Source: Erythrobacter sp. (lineage in GTDB: Bacteria > Pseudomonadota > Alphaproteobacteria > Sphingomonadales > Sphingomonadaceae). From it: a stretch of DNA of 55,074 nt. Both the position numbers and the translations under genes were made by a program. Of the stretch, positions 9,391-19,232 are shown one piece after another (position 1 is the first letter of the stretch; the number at the start of each line of letters is the position of its first letter). The stretch is from assembly GCA_013001165.1 (NCBI GenBank), contig JABDNC010000011.1, positions 1 through 55,074 of the forward strand. Direction: 5' to 3'. Below the pieces are notes generated by a model. That model did not search any database. It saw only the letters and a list, made by a program, of their open reading frames with translations, and was not told where the DNA came from.

Positions 9391-10049
9391 TGCGTGTTTT
9401 CCTGGCCCTTCTGCGCCGCGATCTCGGCCTGCTCATGCCTGGCGGAAGCGGTGGCAGCGGGGTGTTGCCGCTGCTCTTCTTCCTTGCCGTGGCGATGCTT
9501 TATCCCTTCGCCGTCGGACCCGATGCGGCGCTGCTTGCGCGTACCGGAGGCGGCGTGATCTGGGTGGCTGCCCTGCTGGCGGCCATCCTCCCGCTCGAAC
9601 GTCTCGTGAGCGGCGATCTGGAGGCGGGCGTGTTCGACCAGCTCCATCTTCGCGGCGTATCGGAAGAGCTTGCAATGGTGGTGCGGCTCATCGCGCACTG
9701 GCTGGCCTTCGCGCCGCTACTTCTTGTCGCGACCCTGCCTGCTGCCGCCCTCCTCGGCCTATCAGGCGAGACGACCGAGATTGTCCTGCTCGGCCTCCTC
9801 GCGGGGACTCCCGGACTTGCCGCGGTCGGCCTCGCAGTCGGCGCGCTGACTGCTTCCTTGCGCGGGGGAGCGGCGCTTGCCGGATTGATGGTCATCCCGC
9901 TGGCCGTTCCCATCCTGATCTTCGGCGCGGGCGCCCTGTCGCGACCCGACAGCAGCGGAATTCTCCTGACAACTGCGATCAGCCTTGCCCTATGCGCCCT
10001 CGCCCCGCTTGCGGCCGCAGCTGCACTCAGGGCAGCGAGGGAAAGCTGA
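9390..10049 (+). CDS. ccmB: Heme exporter permease CcmB
   Basis: LLRRDL, LYPFAVGPD, IWVAALLA, AHWL, PLAVPILIFG. ATG 9390 overlaps the ccmA TGA. Confidence 0.92.
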   Translation: MRVFLALLRRDLGLLMPGGSGGSGVLPLLFFLAVAMLYPFAVGPDAALLARTGGGVIWVAALLAAILPLERLVSGDLEAGVFDQLHLRGVSEELAMVVRLIAHWLAFAPLLLVATLPAAALLGLSGETTEIVLLGLLAGTPGLAAVGLAVGALTASLRGGAALAGLMVIPLAVPILIFGAGALSRPDSSGILLTTAISLALCALAPLAAAAALRAARES

Positions 10050-10114
10050 CCTTCGATTTCTCAATAGAATAGCCCTTTTGGGAAAGTGACAGCTGTGAGC
10101 TATTTGAGTATTGG

Positions 10115-10726
10115 ATGCGAACAGGCACCGATACGGGGGCAACGGTGGAAGACAACGAAGATTTTGTAGATTTCTACGCTTTGCTGCAGGTCGATCCGTT
10201 CTGCGAACGCTCGATCGTGGAGAAGGCCTATCGTCACTTCGCGCAGCTTTATCATCCCGATCATTCGGATACGGCGGACGTCGACAAATTTCAGGAAGTT
10301 ACGCGCGCCTACAAGGTCCTGAAGGACACCCGCAAACGCGCCGAATACGACCGCGCCTATGCCACCGAAAACGGTATCGATCCGGCCAAGCCGCAGCCGC
10401 GCGACGATATTGTCGTCGACGGTTCGACAGCGGTCGAGGATGCGGAGATCCACGAGAAGTTGCTGCTCGCGCTTTACAAGCGCCGCCGCGAGAAAGCCGG
10501 CCAGCCGGGCGTCATGCCTTACCACATCCAGAACGACCTCGACTGTTCGGACGAGAGTTTCGACTTTCACATCTGGTACTTGAAGTCGAAGGGCTTTATC
10601 GAGATCACGCAGGAAAGCGAGCTCGCGATCACCATCGAGGGCGTCGATCACGTCATTTCGAGAAGCCGCGCCGAAGCCAAGGAAAAGCTCTTCCTAGAGC
10701 AGGCCAGGCGGGACGAAGCCGAATAA
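10115..10726 (+). CDS. J-domain protein with C-terminal winged-helix-like domain
   Basis: DFYALLQV...IVEKAYRHFAQLYHPD...FQEVTRAYKVLKD...RAEYD is an intact J-domain with HPD. Start uncertain (a GTG ten codons later is possible). Confidence 0.85.
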   Translation: MRTGTDTGATVEDNEDFVDFYALLQVDPFCERSIVEKAYRHFAQLYHPDHSDTADVDKFQEVTRAYKVLKDTRKRAEYDRAYATENGIDPAKPQPRDDIVVDGSTAVEDAEIHEKLLLALYKRRREKAGQPGVMPYHIQNDLDCSDESFDFHIWYLKSKGFIEITQESELAITIEGVDHVISRSRAEAKEKLFLEQARRDEAE

Positions 10727-10730
10727 GTAC

Positions 10731-10826
10731 GCTCAACCGTCCGCAGGCCCGCAAGAGCAAGCGCCCGCCCAAGCTGATGCGAGGTAGCCAAAGCGACGCG
10801 GACGCGGCGCGTCCGGCGTTTGAGGG
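10731..10826. repeat. GC-rich structured intergenic element (possible REP/MITE-like unit or terminator)
   Basis: Imperfect inverted ends CTCAACCG / CGTTTGAG. CGTCCGC 10738-10744 complements GCGGACG 10798-10804, and there is a hairpin GGACGC-GGC-GCGTCC at 10800-10814. Only one copy in the window. Confidence 0.35.
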
Positions 10827-10833
10827 CTAGAAA

Positions 10834-11661
10834 TCAGTAGGGCGGCTGGTGGAGGCCGCGCGGGCTTGTCGTGAAGATCTCCACGCCGTCTTCGGTGATC
10901 CCGATCGAATGTTCGAACTGCGCCGACAGCGACTTGTCGCGCGTCACCGCGGTCCAGCCGTCGCGCAGCATCTTAGCGTGCGGGCGGCCGAGATTGATCA
11001 TCGGTTCGATGGTGAAGAACATGCCCGGCTTGAGCAGCGGGCCGGTGCCCTTGCGGCCGGTGTGGATCACTTCCGGAGCGTCATGGAACAGGCGGCCGAG
11101 GCCATGGCCACAGAATTCCTGCACGACCCCATAGCGGTGCGACTTCGCATGCGCTTCGATAACCGCGCCGATATCGCCGAGGCGCGCGCCGGGCTGGCTG
11201 GCGGCCTCGATGCCGAGCATGAGGCATTCATAGGTCACGTCGACCAGCTTGCGCGCCTTGAGCGCAGGCTCTCCGGCAAAGTACATGCGGCTCGTATCGC
11301 CGTGCCAGCCGTCCAAGAGCGGGGTCACGTCGATATTGACGATGTCGCCGTCCTTCAGGGCCTTCTCGCCCGGAATGCCGTGACAGATGACATGATTGAT
11401 CGAGGTGCAGCAGCTGTGTGCATAGCCGCGATAGCCCATGGTCGCTGGGACTGCGCCCGCATCGAGCATCATCCCGCGAACCTTGTCGTCGATCTCGCCA
11501 GTGGTCACGCCCGGAGCGACGAAACCGGTCAGCTCGTCGAGGATTTCTGCGGCGAGGCGTCCAGCCTTGCGCATCCCCTCGTAGCCGTCGGGCCCGTGGA
11601 GCTTGATGGTTCCGTCACGATAGACGGTCTGGTCGCTGTCGATTACCTGGTATTCGGTCAT
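10834..11661 (-). CDS. map: Type I methionyl aminopeptidase
   Basis: CTSINHVICHGIP, DGDIVNIDVT, GWHGDTSR, FCGHGLG, FTIEPMIN, SAQFEHSI. Confidence 0.97.
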   Translation of the reverse strand: MTEYQVIDSDQTVYRDGTIKLHGPDGYEGMRKAGRLAAEILDELTGFVAPGVTTGEIDDKVRGMMLDAGAVPATMGYRGYAHSCCTSINHVICHGIPGEKALKDGDIVNIDVTPLLDGWHGDTSRMYFAGEPALKARKLVDVTYECLMLGIEAASQPGARLGDIGAVIEAHAKSHRYGVVQEFCGHGLGRLFHDAPEVIHTGRKGTGPLLKPGMFFTIEPMINLGRPHAKMLRDGWTAVTRDKSLSAQFEHSIGITEDGVEIFTTSPRGLHQPPY

Positions 11662-11702
11662 GCGCGCCCATGTAGCGATGCTGCGCGCGAATTGCGAGAG
11701 TG

Positions 11703-12521
11703 TCAGCGTTTCACCCTGAAAGCGCTGGCATATTCGGGCTTCACGGCATCGATGACCGAAGCGGTGACCGGAAAATTGAGCTCGTAGTCGCCCTCGGCAT
11801 AAGGGCCTGCGACATAGGGTCCGAAATAGACGCCGATCCGGTCGAAGGTCTGACCGTTCGACGATCCGATCAGGACGCTCGCTTCGTCAAGCCCGGGGCA
11901 ATCGTTGAAAAGGTCGCCCGAGCCGCGCTCGATCTTGATACCGCGCTTCGCTTCGCGGGCGCGGTCGAGCGCGTTGCAGAGCCTTGCGCCGAGGGCGTTC
12001 TCCAAGGCCACGGGCGAAGTGAAGAAGTCGATCCCCGCAAGGCTGGTCTCTGCCCGTTTGTCCCAGACCAGCGACTGCTTGGTGTAATTGCCATGCGCGC
12101 CGCCCGTGTATTCGTAGATGTCTGCTGACAGGCTCAGCCAGTCTGGAAGATCGGCAACGACTTTCCATTCCTTCTCGTACCCGCGTGCCTTGCAGGTTAC
12201 GCAATCGCCGGGAAAATCGACAAGCGACTGCTCCCATTCCTTCTTTTGCCGGGCGAGCGCCTGGTCACGCTCCCGTTCAAGCTGCAACGCCAAGGTAGGC
12301 AGCGCGTTGACCGCAGCAGGCCAGCTATAGGCAAACTCGCGCGTGCCGCCGCTGCGCGCCTCATCGTCGTCGAACGAAACTGCCTCGGGATCGGGCTCGG
12401 GCGGGGTCGGAGGAACGGGGGGCGCTTCGGCAGCCGGAGGATCGCTCGCGTTGTCTTCTTCATTCCCAGAGCATCCCGCGCTCGACAGGGCGAGGGAAAT
12501 CAGGAACAGGGACGCACGCAT
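11703..12521 (-). CDS. DUF4163/DUF3298 (PdaC/RsiV-like) lipoprotein
   Basis: Lipobox-like SAGC, Pro-rich linker, YEYTGGAHGN and GPYVAGPYAEG motifs. Confidence 0.8.
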   Translation of the reverse strand: MRASLFLISLALSSAGCSGNEEDNASDPPAAEAPPVPPTPPEPDPEAVSFDDDEARSGGTREFAYSWPAAVNALPTLALQLERERDQALARQKKEWEQSLVDFPGDCVTCKARGYEKEWKVVADLPDWLSLSADIYEYTGGAHGNYTKQSLVWDKRAETSLAGIDFFTSPVALENALGARLCNALDRAREAKRGIKIERGSGDLFNDCPGLDEASVLIGSSNGQTFDRIGVYFGPYVAGPYAEGDYELNFPVTASVIDAVKPEYASAFRVKR

Positions 12522-12565
12522 CGAATTACCTTCGCAAGACCTACTTCGTATTCAAGGGACATATC

Positions 12566-13954
12566 ATGGCCGATAAAGCCGACCTAATCCAAGCGGACCG
12601 TGGACAGGAGGCTATCCCCATCCATCTGGTGAACAAGGAAGGGTTTCCCGACTGGGTGAAATCACTTTCCGCCGGACAGCGTGCATCGCTCGCAGGACAG
12701 AAATTCGATGGAGGCGGATACCAGGTAGCGATCGTGCCCGATGGCGATGGCTGGTTTGCCGTTGGCGGCGTCGCCAATCCCGATGAACTATCGAGCTGGT
12801 GCATGGCGAAGCTCGCCGAAGCGCTTCCCGAGGGCACTTATCGCCGCGCGAGCGGTGAACCCGGCCCTGCCCTTCACGGCTGGCAGACTGCGCAATATTC
12901 CTTCGAACGCTACAAGAAGCCGGCCAACCCAACCGGCCCGCGCGTCCTGCTGACCAAGGAAGCCGGCAAGATCGACAACGCGATTGCCGAGGCGAAGGCC
13001 GTTTGCCTCGTTCGCGATCTGGTCAACACACCGGCTGAGGACATGGGGCCGGCAGCACTTGAAGAACAGTGCGAGAAACTGGCCAAGGACCACGGCGGCA
13101 AGCTGTCGGTGGTTCGCGGGGATGCGCTGGAGCAGGATTATCCCATGGTCCACGCTGTCGGCCGTGCAGCGGCCCGTAGCCACGCACCGCGTTTGATGCA
13201 TCTGACCTGGGGCAAAGAAAGCGATCCTGTGATCGCCGTGGTCGGCAAGGGTGTATGCTTCGACAGCGGCGGGCTCGATGTGAAGAGCTCGAAAGGCATG
13301 CTGCTGATGAAAAAAGACATGGGCGGCGCTGCCCATGCAATCGCGCTCGCTGGCCTCATTATGGGCGCCAAGCTTCCGGTGCGCCTGCATCTCTTTGTTC
13401 CGGCGGTCGAGAATGCCATTGCCGGAAACGCCTTCCGTCCAGGCGACGTGCTGAACTCGCGCAAGGGGCTGACGGTTGAAATCGGCAACACCGATGCCGA
13501 AGGCCGGTTGATCCTCGGCGATGCACTAACCCGCGCTTCGGAAGAGAACCCCGAATTCATCGTCGATTTCGCGACCCTGACGGGTGCGGCCCGCGTTGCG
13601 CTCGGCCCGGATTTCCCTGCCCTCATGACCCGGCGCGACGAAACCGCGGACGACCTCATCGCTGCCGGCCGCACGGTCGATGACGAGCCATGGCGCCTGC
13701 CCCTTCCCGAAGGCTATGCCGAATGGCTGGCATCGGACATTGCCGACACCAACAACGCGCACGGCAATGCATTCGCAGGGGCGAGCGTCGCCGGCCTGTT
13801 CCTCGACAAATTCGTCGGAGAAGGGATCGACTGGGCGCATTTCGACACCTTCGCATGGCGCCCCTCGGCAAAGCCGGGCCGGCCCAAGGGCGGCGACGCC
13901 TACGGCCTGCGCGCTTCGTGGCACATGCTCCAAAAGCGTTTCAAAGCGGCATAG
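12566..13954 (+). CDS. Leucyl aminopeptidase family protein (peptidase M17)
   Basis: RDLVNTP, VGKGVCFDSGG, MKKDMGGAA, NTDAEGRL, DFATLTGA, WAHFD. Confidence 0.95.
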   Translation: MADKADLIQADRGQEAIPIHLVNKEGFPDWVKSLSAGQRASLAGQKFDGGGYQVAIVPDGDGWFAVGGVANPDELSSWCMAKLAEALPEGTYRRASGEPGPALHGWQTAQYSFERYKKPANPTGPRVLLTKEAGKIDNAIAEAKAVCLVRDLVNTPAEDMGPAALEEQCEKLAKDHGGKLSVVRGDALEQDYPMVHAVGRAAARSHAPRLMHLTWGKESDPVIAVVGKGVCFDSGGLDVKSSKGMLLMKKDMGGAAHAIALAGLIMGAKLPVRLHLFVPAVENAIAGNAFRPGDVLNSRKGLTVEIGNTDAEGRLILGDALTRASEENPEFIVDFATLTGAARVALGPDFPALMTRRDETADDLIAAGRTVDDEPWRLPLPEGYAEWLASDIADTNNAHGNAFAGASVAGLFLDKFVGEGIDWAHFDTFAWRPSAKPGRPKGGDAYGLRASWHMLQKRFKAA

Positions 13955-14023
13955 TCCGTTTCTCGCGCTTGCCCCGGGCATCTGCCGGGGTTAAGCGCCC
14001 GCATCTGCAACAGGGATTTCAGC

Positions 14024-14377
14024 GTGAGCGAAGCTGCGAATTACGAATTGCCATCGGGTATCGTCGGACTGAAGGGTCCGATCGTGAAGCCTGCGCCCGG
14101 CACGCTGCCACTGCGCGGCGACCTTGCGCATATCGCGCTGGCTAATTCCTTCCTCGCCGCCCACTACGTCATCCCCAAGGTCCGCCAGATCGGCGATAGC
14201 GCCGCCACTCTCAAGATCGCCATGCGAGACGATGCGGAAGACGGCGTGACCCTCGATGCGGGTTCGCCGGTCGAACTGCTCGACCAGGCGGGCGACTGGG
14301 CATGGATCACCTGCGGACCCGAAGGTCCGAGCGGATATGTGCGCACGAGCGCTCTTGCCAGCGACAGTGACGCATAA
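14024..14377 (+). CDS. Small SH3-like domain protein
   Basis: LRGDLAHIALA...AAHY, then an SH3b-like VELLDQAGDWAWI...GYVRTSAL. GTG start; overlaps the argC start. Confidence 0.7.
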   Translation: MSEAANYELPSGIVGLKGPIVKPAPGTLPLRGDLAHIALANSFLAAHYVIPKVRQIGDSAATLKIAMRDDAEDGVTLDAGSPVELLDQAGDWAWITCGPEGPSGYVRTSALASDSDA

Positions 14378-15298
14378 GGTCTTCATCGACGGAGCGGCCG
14401 GCACGACCGGCCTCGAAATCGCAGAGCGCCTTGAGGGGCGCAGCGAATTCTCGCTCATCATTCTGGACGATGCCCGCCGCAAGGATACGGCCGCCCGGCG
14501 CGAGGCGCTGAACGAAGCCGACGTTGCAATCCTCTGCCTGCCCGACGACGCAGCCCGCGAAGCTGTCGAGCTGATCGATCCGGCTGGCGGTACCCGTGTA
14601 ATCGACGCATCGAGCGCCCATCGCACCGCCGAGGGTTGGTGCTATGGCTTTCCCGAGCTTGTCGGTGCTGCGCGCGTCTCCGATGCGCGCCGCGTCAGCA
14701 ATCCTGGTTGCTACCCCACCGGTTTTCTCGGTCTCGTTGCGCCGCTCGTGCGTGAAGGTCTGCTGCCAGCCGACTGGCCTTATACGGTCAATGCGGTCAG
14801 CGGATATTCCGGCGGCGGCAAGGCGCTGATCGAGCGCTTCGAGGGCGAAGGCGCCCCCGCCTTCCGTGCCTATGGCTATGACCTTGCGCATAAGCACCTT
14901 CCCGAAATGAAAGAGCATGCAGGGCTCGAACACCCGGTCCTCTTCGCACCTTCGGTCGTGCCTGCCTATCGCGGCATGATCGTCGAGGTGCCGCTCCATC
15001 TCGGCGCCATGGAGAACGATCCGCACGCCGATGCGCTGCGCGATTGCCTTGCCGAGTTCTACTGCGACGCGCCGGTGGTGACCGTGCGCGAAAAGCAAGT
15101 TGTGGGCGAAATGCTTCTGGAAACGGACAGCGAGCCCAGCGATTCTCTCGAGCTGTTCGTTTTCGGCAATGAAGGCGGCTGGAATGCGCGCCTCGTGGCC
15201 CGGCTCGACAACCTCGGCAAGGGCGCCAGCGGCGCTGCCGTGCAGAACCTGAACCTGCTGTGCGGCCTGCCCGAGACAGCTGGTCTCAAACTACCTTC

Positions 15299-15305
<7 letters not shown>
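14367..15305 (+). CDS. argC: N-acetyl-gamma-glutamyl-phosphate reductase (type 2)
   Basis: KVFIDGAAGTTGL, IDASSAHR, SNPGCYPTG, SGYSGGGK, HKHLPEM, LDNLGKGASGAAVQN. GTG 14367. Confidence 0.96.
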
Positions 15306-15818
<513 letters not shown>

Positions 15819-15878
15819 CCAATTCCTGCCCGTCACGCCGCGGGCTCAATACGAACAATCCCAACGGAGACAATCAAC

Positions 15879-17288
15879 ATGGCAAGTGCGAAAGACGTCC
15901 TGAAGCGTATCGAGGACGAAGGCATCGAGTGGGTCGATCTCAGGTTCACCGACCCCAAGGGCAAGTGGCAGCACCTGACCATGGTCGCCAAGGCGCTTGA
16001 CGAAGACCAGCTCGAAGACGGCTTGATGTTTGACGGTTCGTCGATCGCCGGCTGGAAGGTCATCAACGAAAGCGACATGATCCTGCGCCCCGACCTCGAC
16101 CGCGTATACGTCGATCCGTTCAGCGCCGAGCCTATGCTGATCCTGTTCTGCGACATCGTGGAACCCTCGACCGGCGAACTCTATTCGCGTGACCCGCGCT
16201 CGACCGCAAAGCGCGCCGAAAGCTTCGTTAAGAGCACCGGCCTTGGCGACACGATCTATGTCGGCATGGAAGCCGAATTCTTCATGTTCGACGACGTGCG
16301 TTTCGAAGACGGCTATGCCGGCTCGGGTTACGCGATCGACGATATCGAACTGCCGACCAACACCGGCAAGGAATACGAGAGCGGCAACCTCGCCCACCGT
16401 CCGCGCGCCAAGGGTGGCTACTTCCCCGTGGCCCCGGTCGACAGCGCCGTCGACATCCGCGGCGAAATGGTTTCGACCATGATCGAGATGGGCCTGCCCT
16501 GCGACAAGCACCACCACGAAGTGGCCGCAGCCCAGCATGAACTCGGCGTTACCTTCGGCACGCTGGTGGAAACCGCCGACAATCTGCAGATCTATAAGTA
16601 CGTGGTGCAGCAGGTCGCCCACATCTACGGCAAGACGGCAACCTTCATGCCCAAGCCGATCAAGGACGATAACGGCAGCGGCATGCACACCCACATGTCG
16701 ATCTGGGACGGCGGCAAGCCGACCTTCGCCGGCAACCAGTATGGCGGCCTGAGCGAGAACTGCCTCTATTACATCGGCGGTGTCATCAAGCACGCCAAGG
16801 CGCTGAATGCCTTCACCAACCCGACCACCAACAGCTACAAGCGCCTGGTACCGGGTTTCGAAGCGCCGGTCCTGCTCGCCTACTCGGCGCGCAACCGTTC
16901 GGCGGCCTGCCGCATCCCCTATGGTGCGGGCGACAAGGCTAAGCGCGTCGAATTCCGCTTCCCCGATGCCATGGCCAATCCCTACCTCGCCTATGCCGCA
17001 CTGCTGATGGCCGGTCTCGACGGGATCACCAACAAGATCCATCCGGGCGAAGCCATGGACAAGAACCTCTACGATCTGCCCCCGGCAGAGCTCGCCGACG
17101 TTCCGACCGTCTGCGGCAGCTTGCGCGAAGCACTCGAGGCTCTGGAGGCCGACCACGAGTTCCTGCTCAAGGGCGACGTCTTCACCAAGGACCAGATCGA
17201 CGCTTATGCCGAACTGAAGTGGGAAGAAGTCATGCGCGTAGAAACCACGCCATGCCCGGTCGAATTCGACATGTATTACAGCGCCTAA
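15879..17288 (+). CDS. glnA: Type I glutamine synthetase
   Basis: [52 protein letters not shown], adenylylation motif KNLYDLP. Confidence 0.99.
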   Translation: MASAKDVLKRIEDEGIEWVDLRFTDPKGKWQHLTMVAKALDEDQLEDGLMFDGSSIAGWKVINESDMILRPDLDRVYVDPFSAEPMLILFCDIVEPSTGELYSRDPRSTAKRAESFVKSTGLGDTIYVGMEAEFFMFDDVRFEDGYAGSGYAIDDIELPTNTGKEYESGNLAHRPRAKGGYFPVAPVDSAVDIRGEMVSTMIEMGLPCDKHHHEVAAAQHELGVTFGTLVETADNLQIYKYVVQQVAHIYGKTATFMPKPIKDDNGSGMHTHMSIWDGGKPTFAGNQYGGLSENCLYYIGGVIKHAKALNAFTNPTTNSYKRLVPGFEAPVLLAYSARNRSAACRIPYGAGDKAKRVEFRFPDAMANPYLAYAALLMAGLDGITNKIHPGEAMDKNLYDLPPAELADVPTVCGSLREALEALEADHEFLLKGDVFTKDQIDAYAELKWEEVMRVETTPCPVEFDMYYSA

Positions 17289-17333
17289 GAGCCTACCGAA
17301 TAGGGCTCGCTGCAACCAGCAAGGGCCAGACAG

Positions 17334-17363
17334 AGGGGCGTCCGGAGCGATCCGGGCGCCCCT
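17334..17363 (+). terminator. Intrinsic terminator hairpin after glnA
   Basis: AGGGGCGTCCGGA-GCGA-TCCGGGCGCCCCT followed by TGTTCATTT. Confidence 0.8.
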
Positions 17364-17463
17364 TGTTCATTTCCGCAGGCAGCCCGCTCCCCGCCCTACA
17401 CGCTTTCTTAGGGTGCTGGAGCTAGTCGTGAGACCTCGGAACCTCCGGCAAGACGGGAAAACC

Positions 17464-18465
17464 ATGAATTTCTGGCGCAAGGACATCACCGAAGAACCCG
17501 CTGAAACGCGCGCGGACGTGATCATCCGGAAAAAGAAACGCAAGCAGGACCCGCAGGCCTCCGGCCTCGGAGCGGTCGCCATTTCCCGCCGCGGGAAACG
17601 CTCCATCCACCAGCGCAACGAGGATCGTCACTACCTTGAAGGCACTACCGCCAAGGCTCTGATCGACGGGGCGGAACACGATGTGAAGGTGATCAACCTA
17701 TCCTCGAACGGGGTCATGATCGGGTATGAAAGCGATGTGGCCATCGGGACGACCGTTAGTCTTGCGATCGACGAATGTGCCCCGATCACCACTGCGGTGC
17801 GCTGGGGTCGGCGAGGCCGCGTCGGCCTCGAATTTATCGCGGAAACCGTGATTATCGCGGAAGCCGGCGTGCAGGACTTCATCGTCAAGACGATTGCACG
17901 CGAACGGGCGATGGAAAGCTACGCTGCCAAGCCGCTGATCGGCGCCGAACAGCGCGGTATCCAAAAGCGCCACCCATTGGTTTTCATCGGCAAGCTTCGC
18001 TGGAAGGACCGTGACGCGACCGCCCGCTTGCGCAATATTTCCAAGCACGGTGCCATGGTGGCGATCACGCAGGCCAACAATCTGGCAGACGGCGACGAGG
18101 TCCGCCTGTCGCTTGCCGCATCGGGCGAAATCGCTGCAACCGTCCGCTGGATCGCAGACCAGCATTATGGCCTGGAGTTCGCCGAAGAGTTCGACGTTTC
18201 CCAACTCGCCCACGAGCTTTGTGCAGAACTTGCGCCGCCGGACGATGCACGCGGGCTACGCGCTCCCGCGCAGCAAGACAGCTTTGTCGACGAGGATAGC
18301 GACAGCCTCGTCGTCCGCATGGGCAAGGTCGAGAATCCGCACCAGCCGCCCGAAATGCACTACGAGCGCCTGACGCTCGACGAGCTTTACGCCACGCTAT
18401 ACCCGCATGGCCGGCCCGGCACCGACAAGGCTGGCACGGATAAGGACGCGGCCTCCAAAGCCTGA
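17464..18465 (+). CDS. Tandem PilZ domain protein
   Basis: QRNEDR...NLSSNG...VRWGRRGRVGLEF and QRGIQKR...NISKHG...VRWIADQHYGLEF. ATG 17464. Confidence 0.85.
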   Translation: MNFWRKDITEEPAETRADVIIRKKKRKQDPQASGLGAVAISRRGKRSIHQRNEDRHYLEGTTAKALIDGAEHDVKVINLSSNGVMIGYESDVAIGTTVSLAIDECAPITTAVRWGRRGRVGLEFIAETVIIAEAGVQDFIVKTIARERAMESYAAKPLIGAEQRGIQKRHPLVFIGKLRWKDRDATARLRNISKHGAMVAITQANNLADGDEVRLSLAASGEIAATVRWIADQHYGLEFAEEFDVSQLAHELCAELAPPDDARGLRAPAQQDSFVDEDSDSLVVRMGKVENPHQPPEMHYERLTLDELYATLYPHGRPGTDKAGTDKDAASKA

Positions 18466-18552
18466 TCCCGTTCCCCGCGCCAAGAACGTTTTCCTACGCA
18501 GCATCCTTGTGCCTAATTGACGCACCTCGTCTCAAAGCAAGAGGTGCAAGCC

Positions 18553-19146
18553 ATGAATCGCAAGTCCCTGTTCGATACCGTCCGCCGCATGCTCGGGCGC
18601 GGTTTCCGGCAGTCCGAAGTGGACCGCCTCGATGCCGCGATCGACGCTTCGATGAAATCGTCCCAGGACCGTGTTCCATCCGTTCCATCCTGTGGGGTCT
18701 CCGAGGCCGGTCTCCAATTGATCAAGGCATTCGAAGGCTGCGCGAAATTACGCCCCGACGGCATGGTGGAAGCCTATCCCGATCCTGGAACCGGCGGCGA
18801 CCCTTGGACGATCGGGTGGGGCGCCACCGGCGCGGACGTCACTCCGGGCACGGTCTGGACACAGGCGCAATGCGATGCGCGGCTCGAAGCGGACGTCGCG
18901 CGTCATTCAGCTGAAGTGTGTGAGGCCATTGGAGATGCGCCGACCACGCAGGGGCAGTTCGATGCCCTTGTCAGCTTCCACTACAATACGGGCGCGATTG
19001 CCCGCGCCACGCTCACCCGTCGACATGTGGCAGGCGATCATGAGGCGGCCGCTCAGGAGTTCGCGAAGTGGAAGCACGCCGGTGGCCGCGTGTTGAAGGG
19101 TTTGGTCCGCCGTCGACGGGCGGAGGTTGGCCTCTACCGCCGCTGA
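18553..19146 (+). CDS. GH24 phage-type lysozyme
   Basis: GLQLIKAFEG...AYPDPG...WTIGWG (E/D/T catalytic set), QFDALVSFHYNTG, GLVRRRRAE. ATG 18553 after GAGG. Confidence 0.92.
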   Translation: MNRKSLFDTVRRMLGRGFRQSEVDRLDAAIDASMKSSQDRVPSVPSCGVSEAGLQLIKAFEGCAKLRPDGMVEAYPDPGTGGDPWTIGWGATGADVTPGTVWTQAQCDARLEADVARHSAEVCEAIGDAPTTQGQFDALVSFHYNTGAIARATLTRRHVAGDHEAAAQEFAKWKHAGGRVLKGLVRRRRAEVGLYRR

Positions 19147-19183
19147 AGGCCCGATCCGGCACGACGAACGGCGAAAAATGGCC

Positions 19184-19209
19184 GGAACCCGGAGCCTTTT
19201 CGCTCCGTT
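19184..19209 (+). promoter_or_regulatory. EcfG/SigT (general stress response) promoter motif
   Basis: GGAAC-N17-CGTT, an exact match, 23 bp before the ATG at 19233. Confidence 0.78.
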
Positions 19210-19232
19210 GGGGAAGACAAAGGAGTGTGAAA

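Noticed and set aside
8812-10049. ccmAB without ccmC/ccmD as an anomaly
   Set aside because: Split ccm loci are common in alphaproteobacteria, and both genes are intact.
15846-17315. 489-aa ORF antisense to glnA, and similar shadows over argS, ilvA, scpA/nagZ and cysK
   Set aside because: Same codon-bias artefact, with no recognisable domains.
18553-19146. SpmX ortholog
   Set aside because: It lacks the long Pro-rich region and the C-terminal TM helices of SpmX.
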